A stretch of DNA of 64,000 nucleotides from NCBI GenBank assembly GCA_963703285.1, contig OY969807.1, positions 192,001-256,000 of the forward strand. Direction: 5' to 3'. The position numbers and the translations under genes were made by a program. Each line of letters starts with the position of its first letter. Position 1 is the stretch's first letter. Shown piece after piece: positions 47,037 through 57,226 of the stretch. The notes beneath the pieces are model-generated. The model had not been told where the DNA came from and did no database searches. It was given only the letters and a program-made list of their open reading frames with translations. The stretch is from an uncultured Nitrososphaerota archaeon. Lineage in GTDB: Archaea > Thermoproteota > Nitrososphaeria > Nitrososphaerales > Gagatemarchaeaceae.

Positions 47037-47891
47037 TTGGGTGCTTTTGGTGCCTTAAGGTCTCTCGGCGGGAAGAAGGACGGCGATTACAAGGAGAAGA
47101 TAGGCGTCGCACTCAAGAACATAGAGATCCAGCGAAGGGAGCTCGAAGGCCTGCGGGGTCGCCTCTCTGAGAGGAGGCAGAAGCTCTTCGACTCGACGGT
47201 GAGGGCCCTCCAGGAGAAGAACAAATCGAGGGCGAACGTCTACGCGAACGAGCACACCGAGGTCCGGAAGACCATCAAGATAGTCGAGGCCTCCGAGCTA
47301 GCGCTCATACAGGTCTCGCTCCGGCTCCAGTCCATCATGGAGGTCGGCGACGCCATGGTCCACGTCAGCGCCGCGTTCAAGTCGCTGAAGACGGTTTCAA
47401 AGACCATGGAGGAGTACGTCCCGGCCTTGGACGCGACCTCGGCCAGCATCAACAACACGCTCGCCGAGACCATGGCGCAGATGGGCCAGATCTCGCCCGG
47501 GATCACGGTCGACGTCCACACGGAGAACGCCGAGGAGCTCGTCGAGCAGGCGCGCAGGTTCGCGGAAGAGCAGGCCGAGGAGCTGAAGAGGTCCTTGCAC
47601 GTTATGCCCTCCCGCTACGAGCAGGAGATACACTCGGCCGAGGACCACATCCCCATCCTGGCCACCGGCGACGATGGTTCTGAGGAGAACGTCGTGCTCG
47701 GCACGATCTTCGGCCCATCGCCCAACCCGAGGGTCGAGGGCGAGGTGCTCAGGTACGCGACGGACCACGGGGGCGTCGTGAACGTATCGGAGACCTCCCT
47801 GAACCTTGGGATACCCCAGGACGAGGTCGAACATTCGATGATCCGCCTGGTGGCTGAAGGGAAGGTAAAGTCACAGAGAAAGGGTGAATGA
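47037..47891 (+). CDS. cdvB: ESCRT-III (CdvB-like) protein with a C-terminal winged-helix; start uncertain
   Basis: ANVYANEH.EVRK core and C-terminal VLRYA..HGGV.NVSE..LNLG; adjacent to Vps4. Confidence 0.85.
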   Translation: MGAFGALRSLGGKKDGDYKEKIGVALKNIEIQRRELEGLRGRLSERRQKLFDSTVRALQEKNKSRANVYANEHTEVRKTIKIVEASELALIQVSLRLQSIMEVGDAMVHVSAAFKSLKTVSKTMEEYVPALDATSASINNTLAETMAQMGQISPGITVDVHTENAEELVEQARRFAEEQAEELKRSLHVMPSRYEQEIHSAEDHIPILATGDDGSEENVVLGTIFGPSPNPRVEGEVLRYATDHGGVVNVSETSLNLGIPQDEVEHSMIRLVAEGKVKSQRKGE

Positions 47892-47896
47892 TTGCG

Positions 47897-49147
47897 ATGA
47901 GCGTAGTAGCCGCGAGAGAGCTCGAAGAAGATGCAAGGAAATACGCGGGCGAGGCGATCCGTCTCGATTCGCAGGGCGCGCACGGGATGGCGATCCAGAA
48001 CTACCAGAGAGCGATCTCCACGCTCATCAAGCTGGTCCACCTCTACCCGGACTACAAGCTCAACAGGCACTACATGGAGCGAGCGGGGCTCTATCAGGAG
48101 CGGGTCAAGGCGATACAGCAGGCTCACGGTTTGATACCACGAGATATACAGCCGGAAGAGTCGGTCTTCACCCCGATGACCGTGCCATCGGGGACCGCCG
48201 AGCAGGAAAACGGACGCGCGCCAGAGGGCGGAAACGGCGCCGCGAAGGGACCGCAGATGGTCCAGCAGCTGAAATCCTCGTTCAACGAGTTGGTGGTGAA
48301 GGAGAAGCCGAACGTCAGATGGGACGACGTGATTGGCCTGGACGACGCGAAGCGGGCGATTAGGGAGTCGATCGTCTTCCCGTTCGAGAGACCCGACCTC
48401 TTCCCTCTGGGCTGGCCCCGCGGCATGCTGCTCTACGGCCCTCCGGGCTGCGGCAAGACCATCCTCGCTGCGGCGACGGCGGCCGAGATCAACGGCTACT
48501 TCATCTCGATAGACGCGGCCTCGATAATGTCGAAGTGGCTCGGGGAGGCTGAGAAGAACGTCTCCAAGCTCTTCACCGAGGCGAGGAAGCTCCTAGAGAA
48601 GGGAGACCCCGTCATAATATTCATCGACGAGCTGGACTCGATGCTGGGGCAGCGCAGCAACGAGGTCGGAGGCGAGATCAGGGTCAGGAACCAGTTCCTG
48701 AAGGAGATGGACGGGATACAGGACAAGGGGAAGCACACGCACCTCTATACGATAGGCGCGACCAACAAGCCGTGGGCGCTCGACTGGCCCTTCCTTCGCC
48801 GCTTCGAGAAGCGCATCTACGTCCCGCTCCCCAACTTCGAGGGGAGGATATCGATGTTCAAGAACTACACCGCGCCGATAAACGTCGACCAGACCATCAA
48901 CCTCGAGGAGCTCTCAAGGATCTCAGAGGGCTACTCGGGGTCGGATATCCGCGACATCTGCCAGGGCGGTCAGCTGCGAGTCGTCCGCGAGCTCTTCGAG
49001 AGCGGGAAGGCGGTGGACAAGAGCGTCCAGCCGAGGCCCATCGTGATGTCCGACTTCAAGGAGATAATGAAGTCCCGCCGGCCGAGCGTCTCCCCCGAGA
49101 TGCTCCGGGCTTACGCCAACTGGACCGAGCAGTACAAGGCGCTCTAA
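47897..49147 (+). CDS. cdvC: Vps4/CdvC AAA+ ATPase with MIT domain
   Basis: N-terminal MIT helices, GPPGCGKT, IFIDELD, ATNKPW.LD..FLRRFEKR. Confidence 0.94.
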   Translation: MSVVAARELEEDARKYAGEAIRLDSQGAHGMAIQNYQRAISTLIKLVHLYPDYKLNRHYMERAGLYQERVKAIQQAHGLIPRDIQPEESVFTPMTVPSGTAEQENGRAPEGGNGAAKGPQMVQQLKSSFNELVVKEKPNVRWDDVIGLDDAKRAIRESIVFPFERPDLFPLGWPRGMLLYGPPGCGKTILAAATAAEINGYFISIDAASIMSKWLGEAEKNVSKLFTEARKLLEKGDPVIIFIDELDSMLGQRSNEVGGEIRVRNQFLKEMDGIQDKGKHTHLYTIGATNKPWALDWPFLRRFEKRIYVPLPNFEGRISMFKNYTAPINVDQTINLEELSRISEGYSGSDIRDICQGGQLRVVRELFESGKAVDKSVQPRPIVMSDFKEIMKSRRPSVSPEMLRAYANWTEQYKAL

Positions 49148-49406
49148 GCGGCCACCTTCAGCTCGACCTCCTCGAACCCGTCCTCGACGAGTATCGCGAC
49201 CTTCATGCCCTTCAGGCTCTCCGTTTCCATGCCCCTTGCCTGCTCCCTTGGGTCTAATGCCGAAGGCTGGATTTGGACGACGGGGCCCTTCAGCGGACCG
49301 TCCTGCGAGATTCCTCTGGGCGAGCGCTCCAGCCCTCTCCTCCCGGGCGCGTCGTTCAATCTTCATAAGGCTCCTTCGACGAGCGCGAGGGGCTTTGGAA
49401 GAGCTG

Positions 49407-50708
49407 TTGACGGTTGACCAGATCAGAGCCAGGATTGGGCAGCCCATCCGCGTCTCCGGATGGGTGCATGACGTCCGGCTGCTCGGAGGGATCAACTTCG
49501 TCCTCCTGAGGAACAGGGAGGGCATCGTCCAGATAACCACGCCCAAGAAGAGCGTCACCCAGGCCGTCTTCGACGCCGTCTCGACCCTCCATCCCGAGGA
49601 CGTCATCCTCTGCGTCGGGACCGTCAAGGAATCCAAGATCGCGAGGAACGGCTTCGAGATAATCCCCGAGTCGCTCAGCGTCGTCAGCGCCTCTGCGACG
49701 CCCCTCCCCCTCGACCCCAGGGGGGTCACCGACGCTAACCTCGACACGAGGCTCCAGTGGCGCACCCTCGACCTGCGTAGGCCTGAGACGACAGCCGTCT
49801 TCAAGATCGAGGCGGCGGCGATTCAGGGGATGGAGTCGTACCTCCGGGAGCAGGGGTTCCTCCAGGTCTTCACGCCGAGCATCCTCGGAGGCGTCTCGGA
49901 GGGCGGCTCAGAGGTGTTCAAGCTAGACTTCTACGGGAAGCCGGCCTTCCTCCGCCAGGACCCGCAGCTCCACAGGCAGCTCGCAATCGCCGGGGGCCTC
50001 GGCAGGGTGTACGACCTCGGGCCGAACTGGCGCGCCGAGCTTTCGCACACGCCCCGGCACATCAGCGAGCACAGGACCATAGCCGCCGAGATGTCGTTCA
50101 TCGCCGACGAGAGGGACACGATGCGCGCGGAGGAAGGGATGATAGTCTCGGGGATCAGGTCGGTGGTGAGTTCATGCGGACCGGAGCTCTCGCTCCTGAA
50201 GGTCTCCCTCGAGGAACCCAAGACGCCGTTCCCAGAGCTGAAGTTCCCGGAGATTTACCCGACCCTCGAGAGCCTCGGCCACAGGCTCCCGGAGGACCAG
50301 GACCTCGACCGCGAGTCGGAGAAGCTCCTGAGCGAGCACGTGAAGAGGGAGTTCGGCTCCGACTTCTTCTTCGTGAACAGGTTCCCATCCAAGGTCAAGC
50401 CGTTCTACGTGATGCACGTCGACGAAGAACCCAGGTACGCCAGGTCGGTCGACATGATGTACAAGGGGCTCGAGCTGTCCTCCGGGGGCCAGCGGGAGCA
50501 CCGCCATGACAAGATCATCGAGCAAATCCGCGGCGCGGGAATGGACGAGGAAGGATTGAAATGGTTCACAGAGCCGTTCAGGTACGGCGTCCCTCCCCAC
50601 GGAGGGTTCTCCGTAGGGATCGAGCGGCTCACCGCCCAGATGCTCAACCTATCGAACGTGAAGGAAGCGGCCCTGTTCCCGAGAGACACGGAGAGACTGC
50701 AACCCTAG
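49407..50708 (+). CDS. aspS: Aspartate--tRNA ligase (archaeal type)
   Basis: OB fold SGWVH, R.LDLR, LRQDPQL, WRAE, ELSSGGQR, PPHGG..GIER, FPRD. Confidence 0.95.
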   Translation: MTVDQIRARIGQPIRVSGWVHDVRLLGGINFVLLRNREGIVQITTPKKSVTQAVFDAVSTLHPEDVILCVGTVKESKIARNGFEIIPESLSVVSASATPLPLDPRGVTDANLDTRLQWRTLDLRRPETTAVFKIEAAAIQGMESYLREQGFLQVFTPSILGGVSEGGSEVFKLDFYGKPAFLRQDPQLHRQLAIAGGLGRVYDLGPNWRAELSHTPRHISEHRTIAAEMSFIADERDTMRAEEGMIVSGIRSVVSSCGPELSLLKVSLEEPKTPFPELKFPEIYPTLESLGHRLPEDQDLDRESEKLLSEHVKREFGSDFFFVNRFPSKVKPFYVMHVDEEPRYARSVDMMYKGLELSSGGQREHRHDKIIEQIRGAGMDEEGLKWFTEPFRYGVPPHGGFSVGIERLTAQMLNLSNVKEAALFPRDTERLQP

Positions 50709-50730
50709 GGGCCGTCGGGCCCGGGCGGTG

Positions 50731-51282
50731 TCAGAGCCGGACCGTCGCTTCGCGCTCGAACTCCACCATGAGCTCGATCCCCTTGACCTGCTTGACTATC
50801 CTCTTGAGGAGCTCTATCTCGCCTGCCAGCCGCTCCACCCGCCGCCCGGGGATTATCGCCTTCGTGAGCTTGCTGCCGTCGGGCAGCCAGACCGTGTTGA
50901 CCGTAAGGAGCCTGATGGGGTAGAAGAGGTCTTCCAGGAAACGCCTCTCCGAGTTCGAGGCTGCAATCACCCAGACCCTCCCCTTCAGCAACTCCTCGAG
51001 CTTCTGCTTTATCTCCGGCTTCGACCTCACTATCGCCGCATCAGACTGCTCGACCTCGAGGACGTAGTTCCCCTCGACACCGAAGCTCCTCAGGAGGGTC
51101 ATCTTGTTGACGTCCGGTATCTTCTCGGCGAGCTTCACCAGGGCACGGGATGCCTGTATGTCAGCTTCAGTTATCTGGCCTGCCGTGAGCTTCGCCTGGC
51201 ACTTGGCACAGAGGATGCCGGTTTTCGCATCGAAGGCGCAAATCGGAATTCTCAGTGGCAAGTTACGAGAAGGCCGTTCCAC
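50731..51282 (-). CDS. Archaeal NusA-like protein with an N-terminal Zn motif
   Basis: PICAFDAKTGILCAKC, NTVWLPDG; next to alba. Confidence 0.75.
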   Translation of the reverse strand: MERPSRNLPLRIPICAFDAKTGILCAKCQAKLTAGQITEADIQASRALVKLAEKIPDVNKMTLLRSFGVEGNYVLEVEQSDAAIVRSKPEIKQKLEELLKGRVWVIAASNSERRFLEDLFYPIRLLTVNTVWLPDGSKLTKAIIPGRRVERLAGEIELLKRIVKQVKGIELMVEFEREATVRL

Positions 51283-51345
51283 TCATCAAATATAAAAATA
51301 TCGGCTCAAAACCACTCGGCCGGAAACCCGAGCCCCGCCCGCCGG

Positions 51346-51630
51346 TCACTTTGAGAGGTGGATTTCCATCGAGCTGACGTCGCTCGACGCACCCGTGTCG
51401 ACGCTCCTCACATACTCGGTGCCGAGTTCGATGCTCTTCACCGTGACTTCGGGGACGAACTTCTTGGTCAGTATCTGGGCGGCGTCGACGGCCCTCGAGA
51501 TCGCCCTCCCCCTGGCCTTGAGGGTGATGTCCGTCGTCCCGTCCTGGAAGAGCGTCAGGCACGCCAGGACGTAGCTCATCACCGGCTTCTTGCCCACGAA
51601 GACGACGCTGTCGTTTCGTTGCTCGACCAT
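51346..51630 (-). CDS. albA: DNA/RNA-binding protein Alba
   Basis: VGKKPVMSYVLA...KARGRAISRAVD. Confidence 0.96.
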   Translation of the reverse strand: MVEQRNDSVVFVGKKPVMSYVLACLTLFQDGTTDITLKARGRAISRAVDAAQILTKKFVPEVTVKSIELGTEYVRSVDTGASSDVSSMEIHLSK

Positions 51631-51741
51631 GATTTTCTCAAAACTGCGAAAAGCCTGTCGTTATTTATCCTTAGTGGAGGGACGGTCCCATCCGCCTTCC
51701 CGTCCGCTAGGTTTATGCAAGGTTGGCCGGCCATGTGGGAC

Positions 51742-52839
51742 GTGCGTCTCTTCGAGTACCAGGGGAAGGAACTCTTCGAGAAGTACGGAATCCCCGTCCC
51801 CGCCTCCACCATCATCAGATCCCTTCAGGAGCTCGACGCGGGTCTCCGGGAGGTCGGCCTCCCCGCGGTCCTGAAGTCGCAGGTCCTGGCCGGGGGCCGG
51901 GGGAAGGCCGGGGGGGTAGCTCTGGTGAGGACCGAAGACGAGGCTCGAGGAGAGGCCGCACGGATAATGGAGCTCCGCATCGGCGGCGAGAAGCCCAGCG
52001 CGCTCCTCCTCGAGAGGGCCGCCCCGCACGACGGGGAGATCTACCTGTCCGTGACCCTCGACCGAGCGAGACGTTCCTTCGTCGTCATAGCCTCTAGAAC
52101 GGGAGGAGTCGAGGTGGAGTCCGCGGAGGGAAGGATCGTCGAGCCTATCCCGGTCGACGGCATCCCGCCGGCAGAGGCCGAGTCCGTGGCGCTCCGAGTC
52201 GGACTCTCCGGGAACCAGAAGGAACAGTTCGCCATCGTCCTCCGTAACCTGGAACGCCTCTCCAGGGAGGAGGAGTGCGAGCTCGCCGAGATCAACCCCC
52301 TCGTATTCTCAGAGGAGGGCTCACTGCTCGCGCTCGACGCCAAGGTCATCCTCGACGACAACGCGCTCTTCAGGCACCCCGAGTTCTCGCAGCTCCCACC
52401 CGAAGACCCCCTCGAGGGCGAGGCGGCCAAGGAAGGGTTCGCCTTCGTCCGGTTGGACGGCGACCTCGCGGTCGTCGGGAACGGAGCGGGGCTCGTCCTC
52501 TCGACGCTCGACCTCGTCGCCGACGCTGGTGGAAGGCCCGCCTGCTTCCTCGACCTGGGGGGAGGGTCGCAGAGGGAGAGGGTCGAGGCTGCCCTGAGGC
52601 TGGTCCGGAAGCTTCCGAACGCCAAGAGGGTGCTCGTCAACATCTTCGGCGGGATAACACGGACCACGGACGTCGCCGATGGCCTCAGGGCCGTCCTCGG
52701 CGAGGGCGGAATGCCTCCGGTCTATGCCCGCATCAGCGGAGCGGAGGAGGAGAGGGCGCGCGCAACGCTTGTTGGAACGAGGGTCAAGCTGTTCAGCTCG
52801 GCCCCTGAAGCGGTGAGGGCTGCGGTGGACTCACTGTGA
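51742..52839 (+). CDS. sucC: Succinyl-CoA synthetase beta subunit
   Basis: LFEYQGKELF, GGRGKAGGV, EINPL, DDNALFRH, GNGAGL, NIFGGI. Confidence 0.95.
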   Translation: MRLFEYQGKELFEKYGIPVPASTIIRSLQELDAGLREVGLPAVLKSQVLAGGRGKAGGVALVRTEDEARGEAARIMELRIGGEKPSALLLERAAPHDGEIYLSVTLDRARRSFVVIASRTGGVEVESAEGRIVEPIPVDGIPPAEAESVALRVGLSGNQKEQFAIVLRNLERLSREEECELAEINPLVFSEEGSLLALDAKVILDDNALFRHPEFSQLPPEDPLEGEAAKEGFAFVRLDGDLAVVGNGAGLVLSTLDLVADAGGRPACFLDLGGGSQRERVEAALRLVRKLPNAKRVLVNIFGGITRTTDVADGLRAVLGEGGMPPVYARISGAEEERARATLVGTRVKLFSSAPEAVRAAVDSL

Positions 52840-53711
52840 TGCTTCCCGGGAGGGACTCACCGGTCATCGTGCAGGGTATCACCGGGAAGTACGGCAGCCT
52901 CCACGCAGGGCTCATGCAGCAGTACGGAACGAACGTGGCTGCGGGTGTGACTCCAGGCAGGGGCGGCGAGGCGGTGGGCGGAGTTCGGGTCTACGACACC
53001 GTGGCCGAGGCGGTCGCCAAGACGGGGGCGGCGAGTTCAATACTCTTCGTGCCCGCGCCGCACTTCCTCTCCGCGGCTGAAGAGGCGATTCTTGCGGGCG
53101 TCCGCCTCGTCGTCGCAATCACGGAGCGCGTCCCCATAAGAGACGAAATCAGGCTGGTCGAACTTGCCCGAGCCCACGGCGCCACAATCATAGGCCCAAA
53201 CACGCCGGGACTGATAATCCCATCCCAGCGGCTAAAGCTTGGGATTATGCCGGCCAACTCGTTCATGCCTGGCAACGTCGCCCTTTTCTCCCGGAGCGGC
53301 ACCCTGATGTACGAGATTGCGAACCAGCTCTCCTCCAGGGGCTTCGGACAGGCGATTGCTGTCGGCGTGGGCGGGGACCCGATCAACGGGTCCACGATAA
53401 CCGAGTTCTTCGAGCTCGTGCGGAACCGCGGAGACGTCGGGGCGGTCGTGACCGTGGGAGAGATAGGCGGCGACTCCGAGGAGAGGCTGGCCAAGTACAT
53501 CTCCGAGACCAGGTACACGAAGCCGGTCTTCGCCTACGTCGCGGGGAGAGCCGCCCCGACGGAGAAGCGGATGGGGCACGCCGGCGCCATAATCTACGGT
53601 AGCTACGGGACAGCCGAATCCAAGATAGAGGCGTTCCGCGCCGCCGGGGTCAAGGTCGCCATGGCCCCCTCCGAGATACCGGACCTCCTCGCTTCGACTC
53701 TCAAAGGGTAG
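52836..53711 (+). CDS. sucD: Succinyl-CoA synthetase alpha subunit
   Basis: VQGITG, GPNTPG, SRSGTL, GEIGG, RMGHAGA. Confidence 0.95.
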   Translation: MMLPGRDSPVIVQGITGKYGSLHAGLMQQYGTNVAAGVTPGRGGEAVGGVRVYDTVAEAVAKTGAASSILFVPAPHFLSAAEEAILAGVRLVVAITERVPIRDEIRLVELARAHGATIIGPNTPGLIIPSQRLKLGIMPANSFMPGNVALFSRSGTLMYEIANQLSSRGFGQAIAVGVGGDPINGSTITEFFELVRNRGDVGAVVTVGEIGGDSEERLAKYISETRYTKPVFAYVAGRAAPTEKRMGHAGAIIYGSYGTAESKIEAFRAAGVKVAMAPSEIPDLLASTLKG

Positions 53712-54792
53712 GGGGAGCTTCCTGACCGACTTGGGCGAAGCGCACGAAGGGGGCGACCTCCTTCTTGATGACCCTCTCGACCGTCAGGTCGAGGACGACC
53801 TCTGCGATGTCCCGGGCGTACTCGGCGATTCGTTTCTGTGAGTCCCCTATCACGTTCAGAGCCTGGCCGGTCTGGCTGTCCCTCTCCCCGCCGACACCCA
53901 ACATTCCGTCCTCCGAATCCCTGAATCGCCTCGCTTCCTGAATGACGGCATCGGCGCCGCCATGGTCTCTCTTGAAGAGCGACAGGAGTGCCTCATCGAC
54001 CAGCCTGGCAGCTCGCTCGCTCGTCGCACCAAGCCTGACGGTAGCCTGTTTCGGGAGCGGTCCATCGAGTCGGACGGCCACCTCCGCCATCCTTGCCGCG
54101 TGCGACGCAATCCGTTCCAGAGTCCTGGCTACCTGCGTGTACACGAGGATGTCCCTCGGCTCGAGTATAGCCTCCCTCGAGATTCCTTGGTTGATGGACA
54201 TGTTCAGCTGGCGCATGACGTAACGGCTGAACCTTCCAACCTCGTCCTCTCTCTGCATCACCCCCTCTGCGAGAGCCTTGTCTCCGTTCTCGAGCGCCGA
54301 GACCGAGTCTCTGTGCATGGAATCGGTAATGAAAAGCATCTTCTTGAGAGCGTTGTCGACGCTCAGTTCGGAGTACCCGAGAAGGACGTGGATGGTCAAC
54401 CTGTCCCTCGTGTCTGCCACAGCCTCCGCGCCGATAAGCTGCCTCCTTACGAGGTCCTTGATGGCGTCCCTCGCGGTCGGGCTCAAGAGCGAATTCCCTC
54501 CTCTCACGCTAATCCGGCTGTAGCCGAGAATGTAGAGGGACACTATCTTCCTGAAGAGCGTGTCCGGGTTGTCACGTTCGGAGACGTCAATCGTCGCGTC
54601 CTGCTTCTCCCTGACCGGCTCGCTGACGTCGGCGGTGATGAGGAGGGATGATAGGCTCGGCCTAGTAATCAGTATCTCCGAACCCTGCTGCAGACCCATC
54701 TCCTTCACCCACTTCTTTGGCAGGGCGACCATGCACGATGACTTGCCAGAGACCTGGACCTTGCGCCTCTCCTTTTCTAGTAGTGCGACCAT
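53701..54792 (-). CDS. Phosphate uptake regulator (AbrB-like N-terminus plus PhoU domains)
   Basis: RRKVQVSGKSS..VALPKKW, and ARTLERIASHA PhoU repeat. Confidence 0.9.
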   Translation of the reverse strand: MVALLEKERRKVQVSGKSSCMVALPKKWVKEMGLQQGSEILITRPSLSSLLITADVSEPVREKQDATIDVSERDNPDTLFRKIVSLYILGYSRISVRGGNSLLSPTARDAIKDLVRRQLIGAEAVADTRDRLTIHVLLGYSELSVDNALKKMLFITDSMHRDSVSALENGDKALAEGVMQREDEVGRFSRYVMRQLNMSINQGISREAILEPRDILVYTQVARTLERIASHAARMAEVAVRLDGPLPKQATVRLGATSERAARLVDEALLSLFKRDHGGADAVIQEARRFRDSEDGMLGVGGERDSQTGQALNVIGDSQKRIAEYARDIAEVVLDLTVERVIKKEVAPFVRFAQVGQEAPPTL

Positions 54793-54980
54793 TCTATTCA
54801 CTTGTTTGAGCGGGATAAGCATTTGCCCCGCGTCTATTTATCCCTTGGTAATTCTATATTGGCAATAGGTTTTTCATGCCTGATATAGCTTTCAACACCG
54901 AACGACGGGTTATTACCCCACTTGCATTCCCTCTGCGTCTGTAAATGCTTGGTCTGGTTGTCACGATCTTTTTCTTAGCT

Positions 54981-56507
54981 TCACGTGACGACCACCGTGA
55001 AGTAGACGGACCTGTAGATGCTCCCGTTCGTTATCGTGGCGGCCGCGATGTAGGTCCCGGGCTGGATGCTGCTCGCCGCGGAGATGCTCAGGTTCACCGT
55101 GCTCCCGCCGGAATCAGCCACAGGGCTGCCTGGAGTAAACGTCAACAGCTTCGCCGTCCCGTTGTTGAACTCGTTGTCGGAGAACTGTAGCGTGACGTTC
55201 TTTGCTTGGACGGCTCCAGAGAGGTCCAGCGTCAGGTGCGTCGACCCGCCGGGCGCCAAGCTGATCGTGCTGCTGGACGTCGATATCGAGAACGGCGGGA
55301 CGTATGACCCGTTGACGAATCCCACGAACCCTCCAGCGGCGGCAAACCAGGCTCCGTCCTGGGCCAGCGCCATAGTGACCATGTTGGTACCTCCAGTCGG
55401 GTCTGTTATGGTCGTGAGATTGTACAGTGGCGGGTTCGAGACCTGGTACTCGGTCAGCTCTGTCGCGTTGTCGTAGATCACGCCCATCCTGTTGCCATAG
55501 TGCTCGTTGAACCAGACCGCCGTCCCGTTCGAAGCGTCGAAGTAGGTGAGCACCCAGGGCGTGTAGGGAACGGTCGAGGTGGGGTACAGGGTCCACGCAC
55601 CCGTCGTGAAGTTCAGGAAGGCCATCGCGGACGCGGAGTGCTCGGTCGCCCAGAGGCCACCCTCCCCGAGGGTGAAGCCCGTGGGTGCATATAGGGTCGC
55701 GTTCTGGCCCACGGCGGTGAACGTCGGGTTCGCCTGCTGCGGGTTGAACGAGAAGAGCGCAGCGACCTCAGGGTCTATGTAGTCGAGCGCCATGACGTAG
55801 CCGAGCGTGCTGTTCTTGAAGGCCATGTAGACAGTCTCCCAGTACTTGGTTACCGGTAACTGGTAGAGGCTCACTGCCCCTCCCGACTGGGCCACCTTCC
55901 CGATGTCGGGGAAGCCGAGCTCGGTGAACCAGAGGTTGTTGTCCGGCCCGACGGCAAGGGTGTATGGCTGTGACCCGTTGGCCAGATCGATGAGCTGGGT
56001 CTTCGCAGTGGACGGATTCACGCCCACCAGCCTGTTGTAGAGCATGTCGGCGGCCCAGACCGACCCGTTCCAGAGGGCGACGCCCCAGATCTCCGTCAGC
56101 TGCCCGCAGAAACTGATGTTCGAGTCGTAGGAGTAGGGCCACTTGTACTCCGTGAGCGTCCCGTTCTGAAAGAGGTGCGCGACTCCTGGCAGCCCCCACT
56201 CCCCGAACCAGACGGAGCCGTCGGGCGCCACAGTGATTCCGCTCGGAGTCCTGTTCGCGGTGACATTGTACTCTGTGATAGCCCCGAAGGTCGTGATCGG
56301 CACCTTCTGGTCGACCGCAAGGGGAGCGGTCGCGCACGCCTCGCTTGAGCTGCTGGTCGTGCTTGAGGTCGTGACTCCCTTCCCCGTTCCGACTAGCCCG
56401 AAAGAGTAGATGCCCGCGATCGCCGCGGTGATGAAGAGCGCCGCTGCGAGGACCGCGAGGTACTTCGGAACTGCGCTATTGCGCCGGTCCTTCCCCTCCC
56501 CGCCCAT
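54981..56507 (-). CDS. Membrane-anchored Vgb-like beta-propeller protein with a C-terminal Ig-like domain
   Basis: TM anchor; repeats P.GI..PDG.VWF.E and GPDNNLWFTE. Confidence 0.8.
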   Translation of the reverse strand: MGGEGKDRRNSAVPKYLAVLAAALFITAAIAGIYSFGLVGTGKGVTTSSTTSSSSEACATAPLAVDQKVPITTFGAITEYNVTANRTPSGITVAPDGSVWFGEWGLPGVAHLFQNGTLTEYKWPYSYDSNISFCGQLTEIWGVALWNGSVWAADMLYNRLVGVNPSTAKTQLIDLANGSQPYTLAVGPDNNLWFTELGFPDIGKVAQSGGAVSLYQLPVTKYWETVYMAFKNSTLGYVMALDYIDPEVAALFSFNPQQANPTFTAVGQNATLYAPTGFTLGEGGLWATEHSASAMAFLNFTTGAWTLYPTSTVPYTPWVLTYFDASNGTAVWFNEHYGNRMGVIYDNATELTEYQVSNPPLYNLTTITDPTGGTNMVTMALAQDGAWFAAAGGFVGFVNGSYVPPFSISTSSSTISLAPGGSTHLTLDLSGAVQAKNVTLQFSDNEFNNGTAKLLTFTPGSPVADSGGSTVNLSISAASSIQPGTYIAAATITNGSIYRSVYFTVVVT

Positions 56508-56588
56508 GAGCGAACGCTTTGGTCCGGAAAGTTAAGAGTTGTGGCTCAATCCAGCCAAAGAAAGTTCCCGGTCGTGGTTCGAGCCCTT

Positions 56589-57155
56589 CTAGGGATGGCT
56601 CTGAATCGTGATGCTCAGGACCTCGGCGTTTGTAGGGTCAAGCGGCTGACAGTTCAGGCCGCCGCTCGCCATGCAGTCGGGGCTCACCGGCAGGTTTGCA
56701 ATCTTCTCCACAACGTCCATGCCCACGACGACCCTGCCGAAGACGGTGTACTGCCCGTTGAGGAAGGAGTTGTCGGCCAGGTTGACGAAGAACTGCGAGC
56801 TCCCGCTGTTAGGATCGGACGTACGGGCCATCCCCAGGGAACCGATGCCGTTCTCATATCCCTCGTTGACCAGGGCCCGGCTGGTCTCGAGAGGGACGGT
56901 CTGGCTCGAACCGGTGCTGCCCCAGGTCAACGGGTTTCCTCCGCCGTTTCGGCTGGTGGGGTCGCCCGTCTGTATGGCGAAGCCCTTGACGATCCTGTGC
57001 CAGACCAGGTTGTTGTAGAACCCTGCGCTTGCGAGGCCGATGAAATTCGCCACAGTCTTCGGAGCGGCCTTTGGGAACAGTTCCACCTCAAACGTCCCCT
57101 GGGTTGTCGATACGACCGCCCGCTGGCCTGAACCGCCTGATGATGCCGTGCTCAA
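56589..57155 (-). CDS. Cyclophilin-type peptidyl-prolyl isomerase; start uncertain
   Basis: APKTVANF, HRIVKGFAIQTGDP, GMAR, SQFFVN, YTVFGRV. Confidence 0.9.
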   Translation of the reverse strand: MSTASSGGSGQRAVVSTTQGTFEVELFPKAAPKTVANFIGLASAGFYNNLVWHRIVKGFAIQTGDPTSRNGGGNPLTWGSTGSSQTVPLETSRALVNEGYENGIGSLGMARTSDPNSGSSQFFVNLADNSFLNGQYTVFGRVVVGMDVVEKIANLPVSPDCMASGGLNCQPLDPTNAEVLSITIQSHP

Positions 57156-57226
57156 ACCCTTCGGCACGGGCACCGAGGGCCGGGTATTAGGACCCTTGGG
57201 CTCGCCACTCGCGGGCTCTCGTCTGA

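Noticed and set aside
46152-49147. Absence of cdvA next to the ESCRT-III/Vps4 genes
   Set aside because: cdvA may lie elsewhere in the genome; this cannot be judged from one window.
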